Positions 15,842-25,222 of a stretch of 32,000 bases of DNA are shown here, piece by piece. Every line of letters starts with the position of its first letter. The stretch's first letter is position 1. The translations under genes were made by a program, and so were the position numbers. The notes beneath the pieces were generated by a model, which saw nothing but the letters and a program-made list of their open reading frames with translations, had not been told where the DNA came from and did no database searches. Source of the DNA: an uncultured Bacilli bacterium. GTDB taxonomy: Bacteria > Bacillota_I > Bacilli_A > RF39 > UBA660. Where the stretch lies: contig CAKPIS010000002.1 of the NCBI GenBank assembly GCA_934162425.1, forward strand, positions 62,336-94,335. Direction: 5' to 3'.

Positions 15842-18655
15842 TTATTTTAGAATCTTTTTTAAATATTTTCCTGTATATGATTCAGGACATTTTGATACTT
15901 CTTCTGGAGTTCCACAGCAAACTATCCTACCCCCAAGATCTCCACCTTCTGGCCCTAAATCAATTATATAATCAGCAACTTTTATAACATCTAAGTTGTG
16001 TTCAATTACTATTACAGTATCACCGTTATCTACAATTCTATTTAAAATAACAAGTAATTTCTTTATATCATCACTATGAAGACCAGTAGTTGGTTCATCT
16101 AATATAAATACACTTTTGCCAGTTGGTTTTTTTTGTAGTTCTTTAGCTAATTTAACTCTTGAAGCCTCTCCACCAGATAATGTTGGTGCACTTTGTCCAA
16201 GCTTTATATAACCTAAACCAACATCCATTAAAACTTGTAATTTTCTTTTAATTTTAGGATGATTTTCAAAAAACTCTAAAGCTTCTTCTACTCTCATTCC
16301 TAGTACATCATATATGTTTTTTCCTTTATATTTTACTTCTAGAGTTTCTTTATTAAATCTAGTTCCACCACATACTTCACATGGTACATATACATCCGGC
16401 AAGAAATTCATAGATATTTTCTTAACTCCATCTCCAAAGCAAGCTTCGCATCTTCCGCCTTTTACATTAAATGAAAATCTTCCCTTTTCATATCCTCTTA
16501 TTTTAGCTTCTTTTGTCTGAGTAAAAACATCTCTTATATCGTCAAATACACCAACATATGTTGCAGGATTACTACGAGGCGTTCTACCTATAGGATCTTG
16601 AGTAATATCAATTACCTTATCTACATTTTCTATACCTTTTATACTTTTATGATTTCCAGGTATAACCCTAGAATTATAAACCTCTTTCATAAGTGATTTA
16701 TATAGTATTTGATTTACTAAACTACTTTTACCACTACCAGATACACCAGTTACTAAAACCAATTTACCCAAAGGAAATTTAACGTTTATGTTTTTTAAAT
16801 TATTTTCTTTAGCTCCCTTTATTTCAATGTATTTACCATTACCTTTTCTTCTTTTTTTAGGAACTTCTATCATCTTTCTTCCACTTAGATAATCTCCTGT
16901 TAAACTATTAGTATTTTGCATAACTTCTTCTGGCGTTCCACATGCAACTATCCTACCTCCATGCTCTCCAGCTCCAGGTCCAACATCAACTAAGTAATCA
17001 GCTTGAAGCATAGTATCAGTATCATGTTCTACAACTATTAGTGTATTACCTAAATCTCTCATCTTTAAAAGCGAATCAATAAGTCTTTGATTATCTCTTT
17101 GATGAAGTCCAATAGATGGTTCATCTAAAACATATAATACCCCTGTTAACTGTGACCCTATTTGAGTTGCAAGTCTTATTCTTTGAGATTCTCCACCTGA
17201 TAATGTTGATGCACTACGAGATAACGTCAAATATCCAAGACCTACATTATGTAAAAACTCTAATCTAGATTTAATTTCTTTAATAAGTAATCTTGCAATT
17301 TGTTCTTTTTCTTCACTAAGTTTAAGTTTATCAAAAAAGTTATATAATTTATCAATATTCATATCAGTTAAATCTATTATATTCTTTTTATTTATTAGTA
17401 CTGATAATACGCTTTCCTTAAGTCTTTTCCCCTTACATGTAGGACAAGTAAGCTCTACCATATATCTTCCAAGCCAGTCCCTTATAAACTCACTATTAGT
17501 TTCAAAGTATCTTCTTTCTAAGTTATTAATAATTCCTTCATAAGGTTCATAACTATTCATTTGATTTCCACTTCTAGTTTTAAACTTAAATTCTATAGGT
17601 TCTTTTGTACCATATAATATTGTATCTAATTCTTTTTTAGTTAAATCTTTCATTTTTTTATTCATATCAATATTATATTTATCACATACTATTTCTAATT
17701 TCTTTATGTATATATTTTGATCATCCATACCTGAAAGAGGCTCTATACCACCACGAAGGAGTGTTTTTTCTTTATCTGGAATAATTAGGCTTTCGCTAAT
17801 TTTTTGTTTAAACCCAAGTCCCTTACAATCAGGACATGAGCCATAAGGAGCATTAAAAGAAAACATTCTTGGCTCTAATTCCTCAAGAGAAAAATCACAG
17901 TTAGGACATGCAAAAGACTCACTCATAACAATTTCTTCAGCACCTGGTATTTGCACAACAGCCTTTCCTTTAGATAATTTACAAGCAAGCTCTAATGCCT
18001 CATAAATTCTACTTTCAGCTTCATCTTTTCTAATTACTCTATCTATAATAACTAATATATTATGCTTTTTATTTTTTTCTAAAACTATATCTTCACTTAA
18101 ATCTCTTACTTCACCATCAATATTTACTCTAGCATACCCATCTTTTCTTAAATTATCTAATAGTTCTTTAAATGTACCTTTTTCTCCATATGCTACTGGT
18201 GACATTATAATAAGTTTTGTACCATCTTCTTCATTCATAATTTGCGTTGTCATTTCCTGAATAGATTGACTAGTTATTGGAATTAAATGATTAGGACAGT
18301 ATGGAACTCCAATACGTGCATAAAGAAGTCTTAAATAATCATATATTTCTGTTACTGTACCAACAGTTGATCTAGGATTATTATTTGTAGTTTTTTGATC
18401 AATCGAAATAGAAGGAGAAAGACCTTCAATGGAATCTACATCTGGTTTTGATGTTCCACCTAGAAATTGTCTTGCATAAGCTGATAAACTTTCAACATAT
18501 CTTCTTTGTCCTTCTGCATATATAGTATCAAAAGCAAGTGATGATTTACCACTACCAGATACACCTGTCATAACAGTTAATTTATTTTTAGGAATATCTA
18601 TATCAACATTTTTTAAATTATTTTCTCTAGCACCTTTTACTATAATTTTATCCAC
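15842..18655 (-). CDS. uvrA: excinuclease ABC subunit A
   Basis: 937 aa with two ABC modules (GVSGSGKSSL twice, LSGGE twice) and zinc modules (CPNCDF...CPDCKG, CEAC...CEVC). GTG start at 18655, preceded by GAAGGTGA. Confidence 0.97.
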   Translation of the reverse strand: MDKIIVKGARENNLKNVDIDIPKNKLTVMTGVSGSGKSSLAFDTIYAEGQRRYVESLSAYARQFLGGTSKPDVDSIEGLSPSISIDQKTTNNNPRSTVGTVTEIYDYLRLLYARIGVPYCPNHLIPITSQSIQEMTTQIMNEEDGTKLIIMSPVAYGEKGTFKELLDNLRKDGYARVNIDGEVRDLSEDIVLEKNKKHNILVIIDRVIRKDEAESRIYEALELACKLSKGKAVVQIPGAEEIVMSESFACPNCDFSLEELEPRMFSFNAPYGSCPDCKGLGFKQKISESLIIPDKEKTLLRGGIEPLSGMDDQNIYIKKLEIVCDKYNIDMNKKMKDLTKKELDTILYGTKEPIEFKFKTRSGNQMNSYEPYEGIINNLERRYFETNSEFIRDWLGRYMVELTCPTCKGKRLKESVLSVLINKKNIIDLTDMNIDKLYNFFDKLKLSEEKEQIARLLIKEIKSRLEFLHNVGLGYLTLSRSASTLSGGESQRIRLATQIGSQLTGVLYVLDEPSIGLHQRDNQRLIDSLLKMRDLGNTLIVVEHDTDTMLQADYLVDVGPGAGEHGGRIVACGTPEEVMQNTNSLTGDYLSGRKMIEVPKKRRKGNGKYIEIKGAKENNLKNINVKFPLGKLVLVTGVSGSGKSSLVNQILYKSLMKEVYNSRVIPGNHKSIKGIENVDKVIDITQDPIGRTPRSNPATYVGVFDDIRDVFTQTKEAKIRGYEKGRFSFNVKGGRCEACFGDGVKKISMNFLPDVYVPCEVCGGTRFNKETLEVKYKGKNIYDVLGMRVEEALEFFENHPKIKRKLQVLMDVGLGYIKLGQSAPTLSGGEASRVKLAKELQKKPTGKSVFILDEPTTGLHSDDIKKLLVILNRIVDNGDTVIVIEHNLDVIKVADYIIDLGPEGGDLGGRIVCCGTPEEVSKCPESYTGKYLKKILK

Positions 18656-18710
18656 TTAAATCACCTTCAATTAATTATTCTATCACAAATCTCTTAAATT
18701 TATACAATAT

Positions 18711-18739
18711 ATTATATCAAACGTTTGTACTTATTTCAA
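18711..18739 (-). promoter_or_regulatory. dedicated sigma-A type promoter for uvrA (TTGAAA-17-TGaTATAAT) containing a 10-bp palindrome
   Basis: On the minus strand the -35 TTGAAA is at 18739..18734 and the -10 TATAAT at 18716..18711, with TGA immediately upstream. The spacer contains the perfect palindrome CAAACGTTTG (18718..18727). Confidence 0.6.
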
Positions 18740-18744
18740 TACGA

Positions 18745-18771
18745 AAGAAAAAAGCTATGTAAAAACATAAC
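18745..18771 (-). terminator. probable terminator after the DUF4190 gene pair
   Basis: Minus strand reads GTTATGT-tttt-ACATAGC followed by TTTTTTCTTTCG: a 7-bp stem including one G-U pair. Confidence 0.5.
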
Positions 18772-18788
18772 TTCTTAAATATTAATAA

Positions 18789-19472
18789 TTAATTTATATT
18801 TTTATTTTCTACAAAAATTTCTATAGAAACATCATCAAAATGATTATCAAATTCTATTTCATATTCTCCGTCTTCTTTATATGGAATATAAAGATATTTA
18901 TTAACTTCTTCATTAGACTTTATAGCATCTGCTAAATCTAGACTATCTTCTTTGTAATTACTACCTTGACTTTCTAATCTTTCTTTATACGGACCAGTTA
19001 TATCACAATATTCCATATTAAACTTAGCATCATTATATAATGTATTTTTTATAGATACTGGAATCTTTATTACATATGCATCTTCATTTTCTTTTTTTAT
19101 TACTTCATAATTACTTGATAATTTAATTTCAAAGCCATCAAAGTAAAAAGTCTCATCTAAATTATAATCATCATTTTTTTCTTCTTCTTTTATCTTTTCA
19201 TCTATATATGTACTAACTTTAGGTATAACTTTTGTGGTATTATAAACTACAACTAGCGCTAATGCAACAATTATCATTATAAACATCATAAATACACTAA
19301 CTATTATACCTACTATTGAATATGTTTTACCATCTCCATCTAATTTTTTGCTCTTAACAGCTCCTATTATTGATAAAATAAGTCCTACAATAGAAGTAAG
19401 TCCACAAGTTATAAAACTACATATAGATAAAATCATTCCAACTAATGCTATTGTATTTTTTTCTTCTTTCAT
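18789..19472 (-). CDS. DUF4190-like membrane protein with extracellular beta-rich C-domain (DUF4352-like)
   Basis: The two-TM N-domain IALVGMILSICSFITCGLTSIVGLILSIIGAVKSKK...YSIVGIIVSVFMMFIMIIVALAL is paralogous to that of the upstream gene. The C-domain ...FDGFEIKLSSNYEVIKKENEDAYVIKIPVSIKNT... follows. GAGGA SD upstream. Confidence 0.55.
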   Translation of the reverse strand: MKEEKNTIALVGMILSICSFITCGLTSIVGLILSIIGAVKSKKLDGDGKTYSIVGIIVSVFMMFIMIIVALALVVVYNTTKVIPKVSTYIDEKIKEEEKNDDYNLDETFYFDGFEIKLSSNYEVIKKENEDAYVIKIPVSIKNTLYNDAKFNMEYCDITGPYKERLESQGSNYKEDSLDLADAIKSNEEVNKYLYIPYKEDGEYEIEFDNHFDDVSIEIFVENKNIN

Positions 19473-19486
19473 AAAATCATATCCTC

Positions 19487-20119
19487 TTATTCTTTGTTTA
19501 TCTTTCCTATTATAGTATTACCCATACATGTTGCTTCTAAATCATTACATCTATCATTTAAATTAACATTAGAAAAATCCCCAATTGCATCAATTTCTAA
19601 TTCATAATATGTACCTTTATCAGTAATCATAACATCAAAATATTCTTTATTATAATTATAATTCTCATAACAATTATCTTTTGTACAAGTTATGTTTGTA
19701 TCACCTAAAGATGATAGCATTATATTTTGCTCAGCAGATTTTTTTATCATTTTATATGTATCTATTACAGAACCACTTTTTGCATCATAAGCACTATTTG
19801 TTACATCTTTTATTGAAATTAATAATACTGCAATAATTATTGTTATAAATATTATTCCAATAGAACTTATAACAATTCCTGCTATGGATAAACCTTTTCC
19901 TTTATTATTTTTCTCTTTTGATTTTTTTAAACCTACAATTGATAATATTAAACCTACTATATGAAGTCCTATTAAAGAAAGAATGAACCCAGCTACAGCC
20001 ACATTATTAGATTCATTTTGAACTTCATTACTACTAACACTGCCCGAATTTGAAGATATATCACTTATATCTTGAATATCATTTTCATTAAAATTATTTC
20101 CTATTTCATTGTTATTCAT
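19487..20119 (-). CDS. DUF4190-like membrane protein with a Cys-containing extracellular C-domain
   Basis: Asn/Ser-rich N-tail, then VAVAGFILSLIGLHIVGLILSIVGLKKSKEKNNKGKGLSIAGIVISSIGIIFITIIIAVLL, then about 100 aa containing 4 Cys. Candidate promoter TTGACA-17-TATTAT and a TAGGAGGAG SD lie in the 47-nt gap after uvrB. Confidence 0.55.
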   Translation of the reverse strand: MNNNEIGNNFNENDIQDISDISSNSGSVSSNEVQNESNNVAVAGFILSLIGLHIVGLILSIVGLKKSKEKNNKGKGLSIAGIVISSIGIIFITIIIAVLLISIKDVTNSAYDAKSGSVIDTYKMIKKSAEQNIMLSSLGDTNITCTKDNCYENYNYNKEYFDVMITDKGTYYELEIDAIGDFSNVNLNDRCNDLEATCMGNTIIGKINKE

Positions 20120-20166
20120 AACTCCTCCTACTATTAGCTTAATAATACATTATAGATAATATTTTG

Positions 20167-22116
20167 TCAATTAACTTTCATCTCAAATATAATATCACGT
20201 AATTCCATAGCTCTTTCAAAGTCTAAGTTATCAGCAGCTTTTTTCATTTCTTCTTCTAACTTTTTAATAATACTTTCATTATTTGTGATTTTATTATTTT
20301 TATTCTTTGTTTTTGGAGTTTCTTCAGAAACGCTTACAACATCCATTATTTTTTTCTTTATTGTTTTTGGTACAATGTTATGTTCTTCGTTATATTTTAT
20401 TTGAATCATTCTTCTTCTTTTTGTTTCATCTATTGCAGTTTTCATTGAATCACTTATAATATCTCCATACATTATAACCCTACCATGCTCATTTCTTGCA
20501 CATCTACCAATTGTTTGTATAAGACTTCTATGACTTCTTAAAAAGCCTTGTTTATCAGCATCTAAAATTGCTACTAAACTAACTTCTGGTATATCAAGAC
20601 CTTCTCTTAATAGGTTAATACCAACTAATACATCATATTTTCCTTCTCTTAAATCATGAATTATTTTTAGTCTTTCTAGAGTTTTTACTTCACTATGTAA
20701 ATAAGCTACTTTTATGTCTAAATTTTTTAAATAAGTAGTTAACTCTTCTGCCATTCTAATCGTAAGTGTTGTAACTAAAGTTCTATCTTTCTTTTCTATT
20801 TGTTTTTGTATTTCTTCTATTAAGTCATCAACTTGATTAGATGATTTTCTAACCTCTATTAATGGATCAAGTAATCCTGTTGGTCTTATAATTTGCTCGA
20901 CAACTTCATTATTTACTTTTTCTAATTCTTCATCACCTGGTGTTGCAGAAACATATATAACCTGATTTATCTTATCTTCAAATTCTTCATACTTAAGTGG
21001 TCTATTATCTAGTGCTGACGGAAGTCTAAAACCATAATCAACAAGCATTTGTTTTCTTGCTCTGTCACCATTATACATTGCTTTAACTTGAGGAAGTGTT
21101 ACATGTGATTCATCAATTACCATTAAATAATCATCTGGAAAAAAGTCTAAAAGACAAGTTGGCGTTTCACCTGCCTTTTTTAATGCGAGGTGTCTTGAAT
21201 AATTTTCTACTCCAGAACAAAAACCTGTTTCTGCTAGCATTTCTAAGTCATACTTACACCTTCCCTCCAGGCGTTCAGCTTCTAATAATTTACCATTTTC
21301 TCTAAAGTAAGCTAATCTTTCATCTAACTCTTTTCTAATATTTACTATCGCTTTTTTTAATTTATCCTCACTCGTTACAAAGTGTGACGCAGGAAGTATT
21401 GAAACAAATTTTTTATCTCCTACAATAGTACCAGTTAAAACATCAAATTCAGATATTCTATCTATTTCATCTCCAAATAATTCTATTTTAATACCATGAG
21501 CTTTTTCATAAACTGGTATTATTTCAATAACATCACCTTTAGCTCTAAATGTACCACGTGCTAAATCTATATTATTTCTTTCATACATCATATCTACTAG
21601 TTTAGATAAAATCTCATTTCTATCAATTACATCTCCTACTTTTAGGGTAAGCATATGATTTTCATACTCTTCTTTATCACCTATACCATATATACATGAA
21701 ACAGAAGCTACTACTATTACATCTTTATTATTTATAAGTGATGATGTAGCATAATGCCTTAATTCATCTATTTCATCATTTATTGATGAATCTTTTTCTA
21801 TATATGTATCACTAGATGGAACATAGGCTTCTGGTTGATAGTAGTCATAATAAGATACAAAATAGCAAACATGATTATTAGGAAAAAGTTCCTTTAATTC
21901 TGAATAAAGCTGACCTGCAAGTGTTTTATTGTGTGCAAGTACAAGTGTTGGCTTATTAACTTCTTTAATTACATTAGCAATTGTAAATGTTTTACCAGTT
22001 CCTGTTGCACCAAGAAGTACCTGATACTTTTTATCATCTTCTATACCACTAACCAATTCTTTTATAGCCTCAGGCTGATCACCACTTGGCTTATATTTTG
22101 ATACTAAATCGAACAT
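20167..22116 (-). CDS. uvrB: excinuclease ABC subunit B
   Basis: [22 protein letters not shown], Walker A GATGTGKT, helicase motifs ([14 protein letters not shown]) and a C-terminal UVR domain ([13 protein letters not shown]). Confidence 0.97.
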   Translation of the reverse strand: MFDLVSKYKPSGDQPEAIKELVSGIEDDKKYQVLLGATGTGKTFTIANVIKEVNKPTLVLAHNKTLAGQLYSELKELFPNNHVCYFVSYYDYYQPEAYVPSSDTYIEKDSSINDEIDELRHYATSSLINNKDVIVVASVSCIYGIGDKEEYENHMLTLKVGDVIDRNEILSKLVDMMYERNNIDLARGTFRAKGDVIEIIPVYEKAHGIKIELFGDEIDRISEFDVLTGTIVGDKKFVSILPASHFVTSEDKLKKAIVNIRKELDERLAYFRENGKLLEAERLEGRCKYDLEMLAETGFCSGVENYSRHLALKKAGETPTCLLDFFPDDYLMVIDESHVTLPQVKAMYNGDRARKQMLVDYGFRLPSALDNRPLKYEEFEDKINQVIYVSATPGDEELEKVNNEVVEQIIRPTGLLDPLIEVRKSSNQVDDLIEEIQKQIEKKDRTLVTTLTIRMAEELTTYLKNLDIKVAYLHSEVKTLERLKIIHDLREGKYDVLVGINLLREGLDIPEVSLVAILDADKQGFLRSHRSLIQTIGRCARNEHGRVIMYGDIISDSMKTAIDETKRRRMIQIKYNEEHNIVPKTIKKKIMDVVSVSEETPKTKNKNNKITNNESIIKKLEEEMKKAADNLDFERAMELRDIIFEMKVN

Positions 22117-22167
22117 TTTATGTCACCTTCCTTAATAAGTAACTAATAAATTTATTATATCAAATAT

Positions 22168-22533
22168 CTACAAATTAATAACTTTATATTTAATACTTTC
22201 TGCTTTAATTCTATCTTTTTCATTATCCCAAACTATATAATTTTCTTCAAAGTATACATTTACTCCATTTATTATATCATCATAATTTATATCATTAGGA
22301 TTTAATATAAGTTCAATTAAACCATCAAATATTACACAAATAGTATTATTTATACTTTGCTGATTTTGAAATATTACGGTTAATCTTCTCTTATCATTAA
22401 CAGGATGCATAATAGAATTTTCATCAACATACATACCTGTTTCATATTCTAAAGACTTTATACATGCATCATAGAAAAAGTTTCTAAATTTTTCTGTATC
22501 TTCCTTTGTTTTTATCTCATTTAAATTATTCAT
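22168..22533 (-). CDS. hypothetical acidic protein (121 aa from ATG 22533)
   Basis: ATG at 22533 is preceded by AAGGA and lies 1 nt after the TAA of the upstream ORF (TAAtATG). The track start at 22554 would overlap that ORF. By hand count the protein has roughly 21 D+E against 13 K+R. No motif recognised with confidence. Confidence 0.55.
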   Translation of the reverse strand: MNNLNEIKTKEDTEKFRNFFYDACIKSLEYETGMYVDENSIMHPVNDKRRLTVIFQNQQSINNTICVIFDGLIELILNPNDINYDDIINGVNVYFEENYIVWDNEKDRIKAESIKYKVINL

Positions 22534-22534
22534 A

Positions 22535-23074
22535 TTATATTCCTTTCCATGCATTTATAAACTTTTTAATTTTATCAGACAAAACTTTATCATTAAATTT
22601 CTTATAATTATATGAAATGATTATTTCGTTTTCTTTATTTGATATATAAATTCCAAAATCTGACTTTATTTTAAAAGCATATTTTATATATTCTATTCTA
22701 TTATAAAAGGTTTGATTCCAATTAATATTATTATCATCTAACAATACAGAAAATTCTAATTCATTTTCTTTTATATCATCTAACAAACTTACATCTTTTT
22801 TAGAAAATAAGATAATAAGGTCAACGTTTTCATCATATTTATCACTTGGAGAAATTAAGTGTTTTATGTTTTTTTTCTTTATCTTTTTAAACAAATCATC
22901 TTTTTTATTTAATCTAATATCTAATAAAAATGTATCTTTCATAAATGTACTAACTAATTTTTTAATTAAGTTTTTATCTATTTTTATATTATCAATCATA
23001 AAAATATGAGCTTTCTTAAAAATATTGTGATAATGAAATAATTTTGTTTTTGTTAGTTTTTTCATATCTTTCAC
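22535..23074 (-). CDS. hypothetical basic, Lys-rich protein (179 aa)
   Basis: Intact ORF with a GAGGTG SD and a TATAAT box in the 70-nt gap after the M23 terminator. No TM segment and no recognisable catalytic motif. Confidence 0.55.
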   Translation of the reverse strand: MKDMKKLTKTKLFHYHNIFKKAHIFMIDNIKIDKNLIKKLVSTFMKDTFLLDIRLNKKDDLFKKIKKKNIKHLISPSDKYDENVDLIILFSKKDVSLLDDIKENELEFSVLLDDNNINWNQTFYNRIEYIKYAFKIKSDFGIYISNKENEIIISYNYKKFNDKVLSDKIKKFINAWKGI

Positions 23075-23099
23075 CTCAAAACTTATTATATTAAAATTA

Positions 23100-23134
23100 T
23101 TTTAAAAGCGATATTTCTAAATAGAGATATCGCT
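23100..23134 (-). terminator. terminator of the prfB...M23 operon
   Basis: Minus strand reads AGCGATAT-(C)TC-tattta-GA(A)-ATATCGCT followed by TTTAAAATAATTTT: 8 bp, a C/A mismatch, then 2 bp. Confidence 0.6.
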
Positions 23135-23144
23135 TATGTACTAA

Positions 23145-24326
23145 TTATCTATTTGAATAACTTCTTCCTTTTGGAGGGAATACAATAACTTCTCTTGGAT
23201 CAAATGAATGTCCAACAAAGCCTGAAGAACCATAGTAATCATAATAGTCACTATACCATTTTCCTCTTGCTAAACCAAGATGTAGGTGAGGACCTGTAGA
23301 ATTACCTGTACTACCAGATTTTGCTATTACTGTATCTTTTGTTACTACTGCTCCAACGCTTGTATTAAATGATGAAAGGTGTGCATAATACGATGTATAA
23401 TATTTACCATTTATTTGGTGATGTATTATTATTTGGTTTCCACCACCTTTTGATGAACTAATTACTTTAGCAACACGTCCTGTTGCAACAGCATAAACAC
23501 TAGTTCCAGTTGGAACAGCTATATCTATTGCAGCATGATTATTTGCACCACCATATAAAGTTCTCCATCCATAATTACTAGATATTCTACCACTTACAGT
23601 TGGCCTATAAAAAGTCGTGCCAGATGGTAAATACTTACCACTATAAATTCTATTTAAACAAGTTGTTTGTGTTTCATTAGACTTACAACCCATTTTCTTT
23701 AAACTAGATATAGTTTTCTGCATTTCCTTTATTGACTCACTAAGTGAATGTCCTGCATCATCTAATTCAGATTTAGTTACGTTAAGAGATGCAACTTGAT
23801 CATTTAAATCTTTATTTAATTTTGCAAGTTCTGTCTTTTTATTATCTAAATCTACTTTAATTTGTTCATTTTGTTTTATCATATCATTCATTTCTGATAT
23901 CCTTTTTTTGTTATGAGTAGTAATTTGTTCAGTAATTGATAACCTATAAATAAGATCTGTTATACTTTCAGCTCCCATAACATATTCAAGCATAGAAGTA
24001 CCAGATGATGATACCTGATAATATCTCATTAAGTCTTGTATCTCAATGTTCTTCTTTTTTATATCTTCTTCTAATTTTTTACTTTCTTCTGTTTTTGAAG
24101 TTATTTCATTATTTATTTTTTCTACTTCACTATATATTGAATTTATTTTTTGCTTTCTAGCTGTTATTTCACTTTCTGTTTGGTTTTTCTTAGCATTATT
24201 GCTCTCTAATTCTTTTTGTGTTTTATTTAACTCTGTCTCCCACTGTGCTATAGTTTTCTCTTTTGCATTAACTATAGTAATAGGTACTAATAATAGTAAA
24301 AATAATGTTAATATCTTTTTCATCAT
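23145..24326 (-). CDS. secreted coiled-coil M23 metallopeptidase (EnvC/PcsB-like architecture, catalytic residues intact)
   Basis: Signal peptide MMKKILTLFLLLLVPITIVNA, about 200 aa of heptad-like coiled coil, then an M23 domain with HAAID (HxxxD) and PHLHLG (HxH). Its start overlaps the ftsX stop as ATGATGA. Confidence 0.85.
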   Translation of the reverse strand: MMKKILTLFLLLLVPITIVNAKEKTIAQWETELNKTQKELESNNAKKNQTESEITARKQKINSIYSEVEKINNEITSKTEESKKLEEDIKKKNIEIQDLMRYYQVSSSGTSMLEYVMGAESITDLIYRLSITEQITTHNKKRISEMNDMIKQNEQIKVDLDNKKTELAKLNKDLNDQVASLNVTKSELDDAGHSLSESIKEMQKTISSLKKMGCKSNETQTTCLNRIYSGKYLPSGTTFYRPTVSGRISSNYGWRTLYGGANNHAAIDIAVPTGTSVYAVATGRVAKVISSSKGGGNQIIIHHQINGKYYTSYYAHLSSFNTSVGAVVTKDTVIAKSGSTGNSTGPHLHLGLARGKWYSDYYDYYGSSGFVGHSFDPREVIVFPPKGRSYSNR

Positions 24327-25222
24327 ATTTTTAAATATTTCCTTACTGCTTTATAACTACCAAACATACCTATTATTATTCCAAGACCCATTAATATTAA
24401 TGCTATATAATACATAAATGGCTCTGATGGAACTAACTTAAAGAATGGTGAGAATAATTGTCCATTAAAATGTTTATATAAAACAGAATATCCATATATT
24501 GTTACTAGGACTGGTATAACAGAACCTAAAAATCCTAAACATAAACCTTCTATTACAAATGGTTGTTTAATAGACATATTAGAAGCTCCAACAAGTCTCA
24601 TTATTTCTATTTCTCTTTTTCTTGAGAATATAGTTATCTTAATAGTATTATTTATTAAGAATAATGTTACTAAAAGTAATGCAATCATTGCTACTATCAT
24701 AGCTTTTTCTATAAATTTAAACACTGTCATTAAAGACTCTACCATACCTTGTAAATAATTTATTTTTTCTATAGAGTCTAAACCTTCTATTTTTTTAGCT
24801 GTCTTTGTAATTTGATCAGTATCTTTTACTTTTATTAAAAAAGTATTATATAAAGGATTAGTATCATCTGACCAACTATCTATTATACCTGCTAAATCTG
24901 ATGATGTATCCTTCATTTCATTTGCAACTTCTTTTTTAGTTTGATAAGTTACACTCTCTATATTATCATAAGATTCTATCTCTTTTTTTATCGTTTTTAT
25001 ATCTTCATCTTTTGTATCTAACTTAATAAATGCAACAATCGTAAAGTCTTCTCTAATAAGTTTAGTCATATTTTCAACATTACTAGATGCTATAAGTGCA
25101 ATTGATATTATAAGAAGAGTAATTGTTATACATGATATTGATGCTATAGATAAACTAAGGTTTCTTCCAACGCTTTTAAATCCATCTCTTACATTTCTTC
25201 CAAAAATCCTAAACGCCTTCAT
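24323..25222 (-). CDS. ftsX: cell-division ABC transporter permease FtsX
   Basis: MKAFRIFGRNVRDGFKSVGRNLSLSIASIS... matches the conserved FtsX N-terminus, followed by an extracellular domain and three C-terminal TM helices. I prefer ATG 25222 over the track start 25246. Confidence 0.85.
   Translation of the reverse strand: MKAFRIFGRNVRDGFKSVGRNLSLSIASISCITITLLIISIALIASSNVENMTKLIREDFTIVAFIKLDTKDEDIKTIKKEIESYDNIESVTYQTKKEVANEMKDTSSDLAGIIDSWSDDTNPLYNTFLIKVKDTDQITKTAKKIEGLDSIEKINYLQGMVESLMTVFKFIEKAMIVAMIALLLVTLFLINNTIKITIFSRKREIEIMRLVGASNMSIKQPFVIEGLCLGFLGSVIPVLVTIYGYSVLYKHFNGQLFSPFFKLVPSEPFMYYIALILMGLGIIIGMFGSYKAVRKYLKI

Noticed and set aside
18719-18730. A LexA/Cheo SOS box upstream of uvrA, read as GTAC-AAAC-GTTT.
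   Set aside because: It has two mismatches in the GAAC/GTTC cores, and the true symmetry is a spacerless CAAACGTTTG palindrome rather than GAAC-N4-GTTC. No comparable box lies upstream of uvrB. I kept it only as a low-interest palindrome finding.
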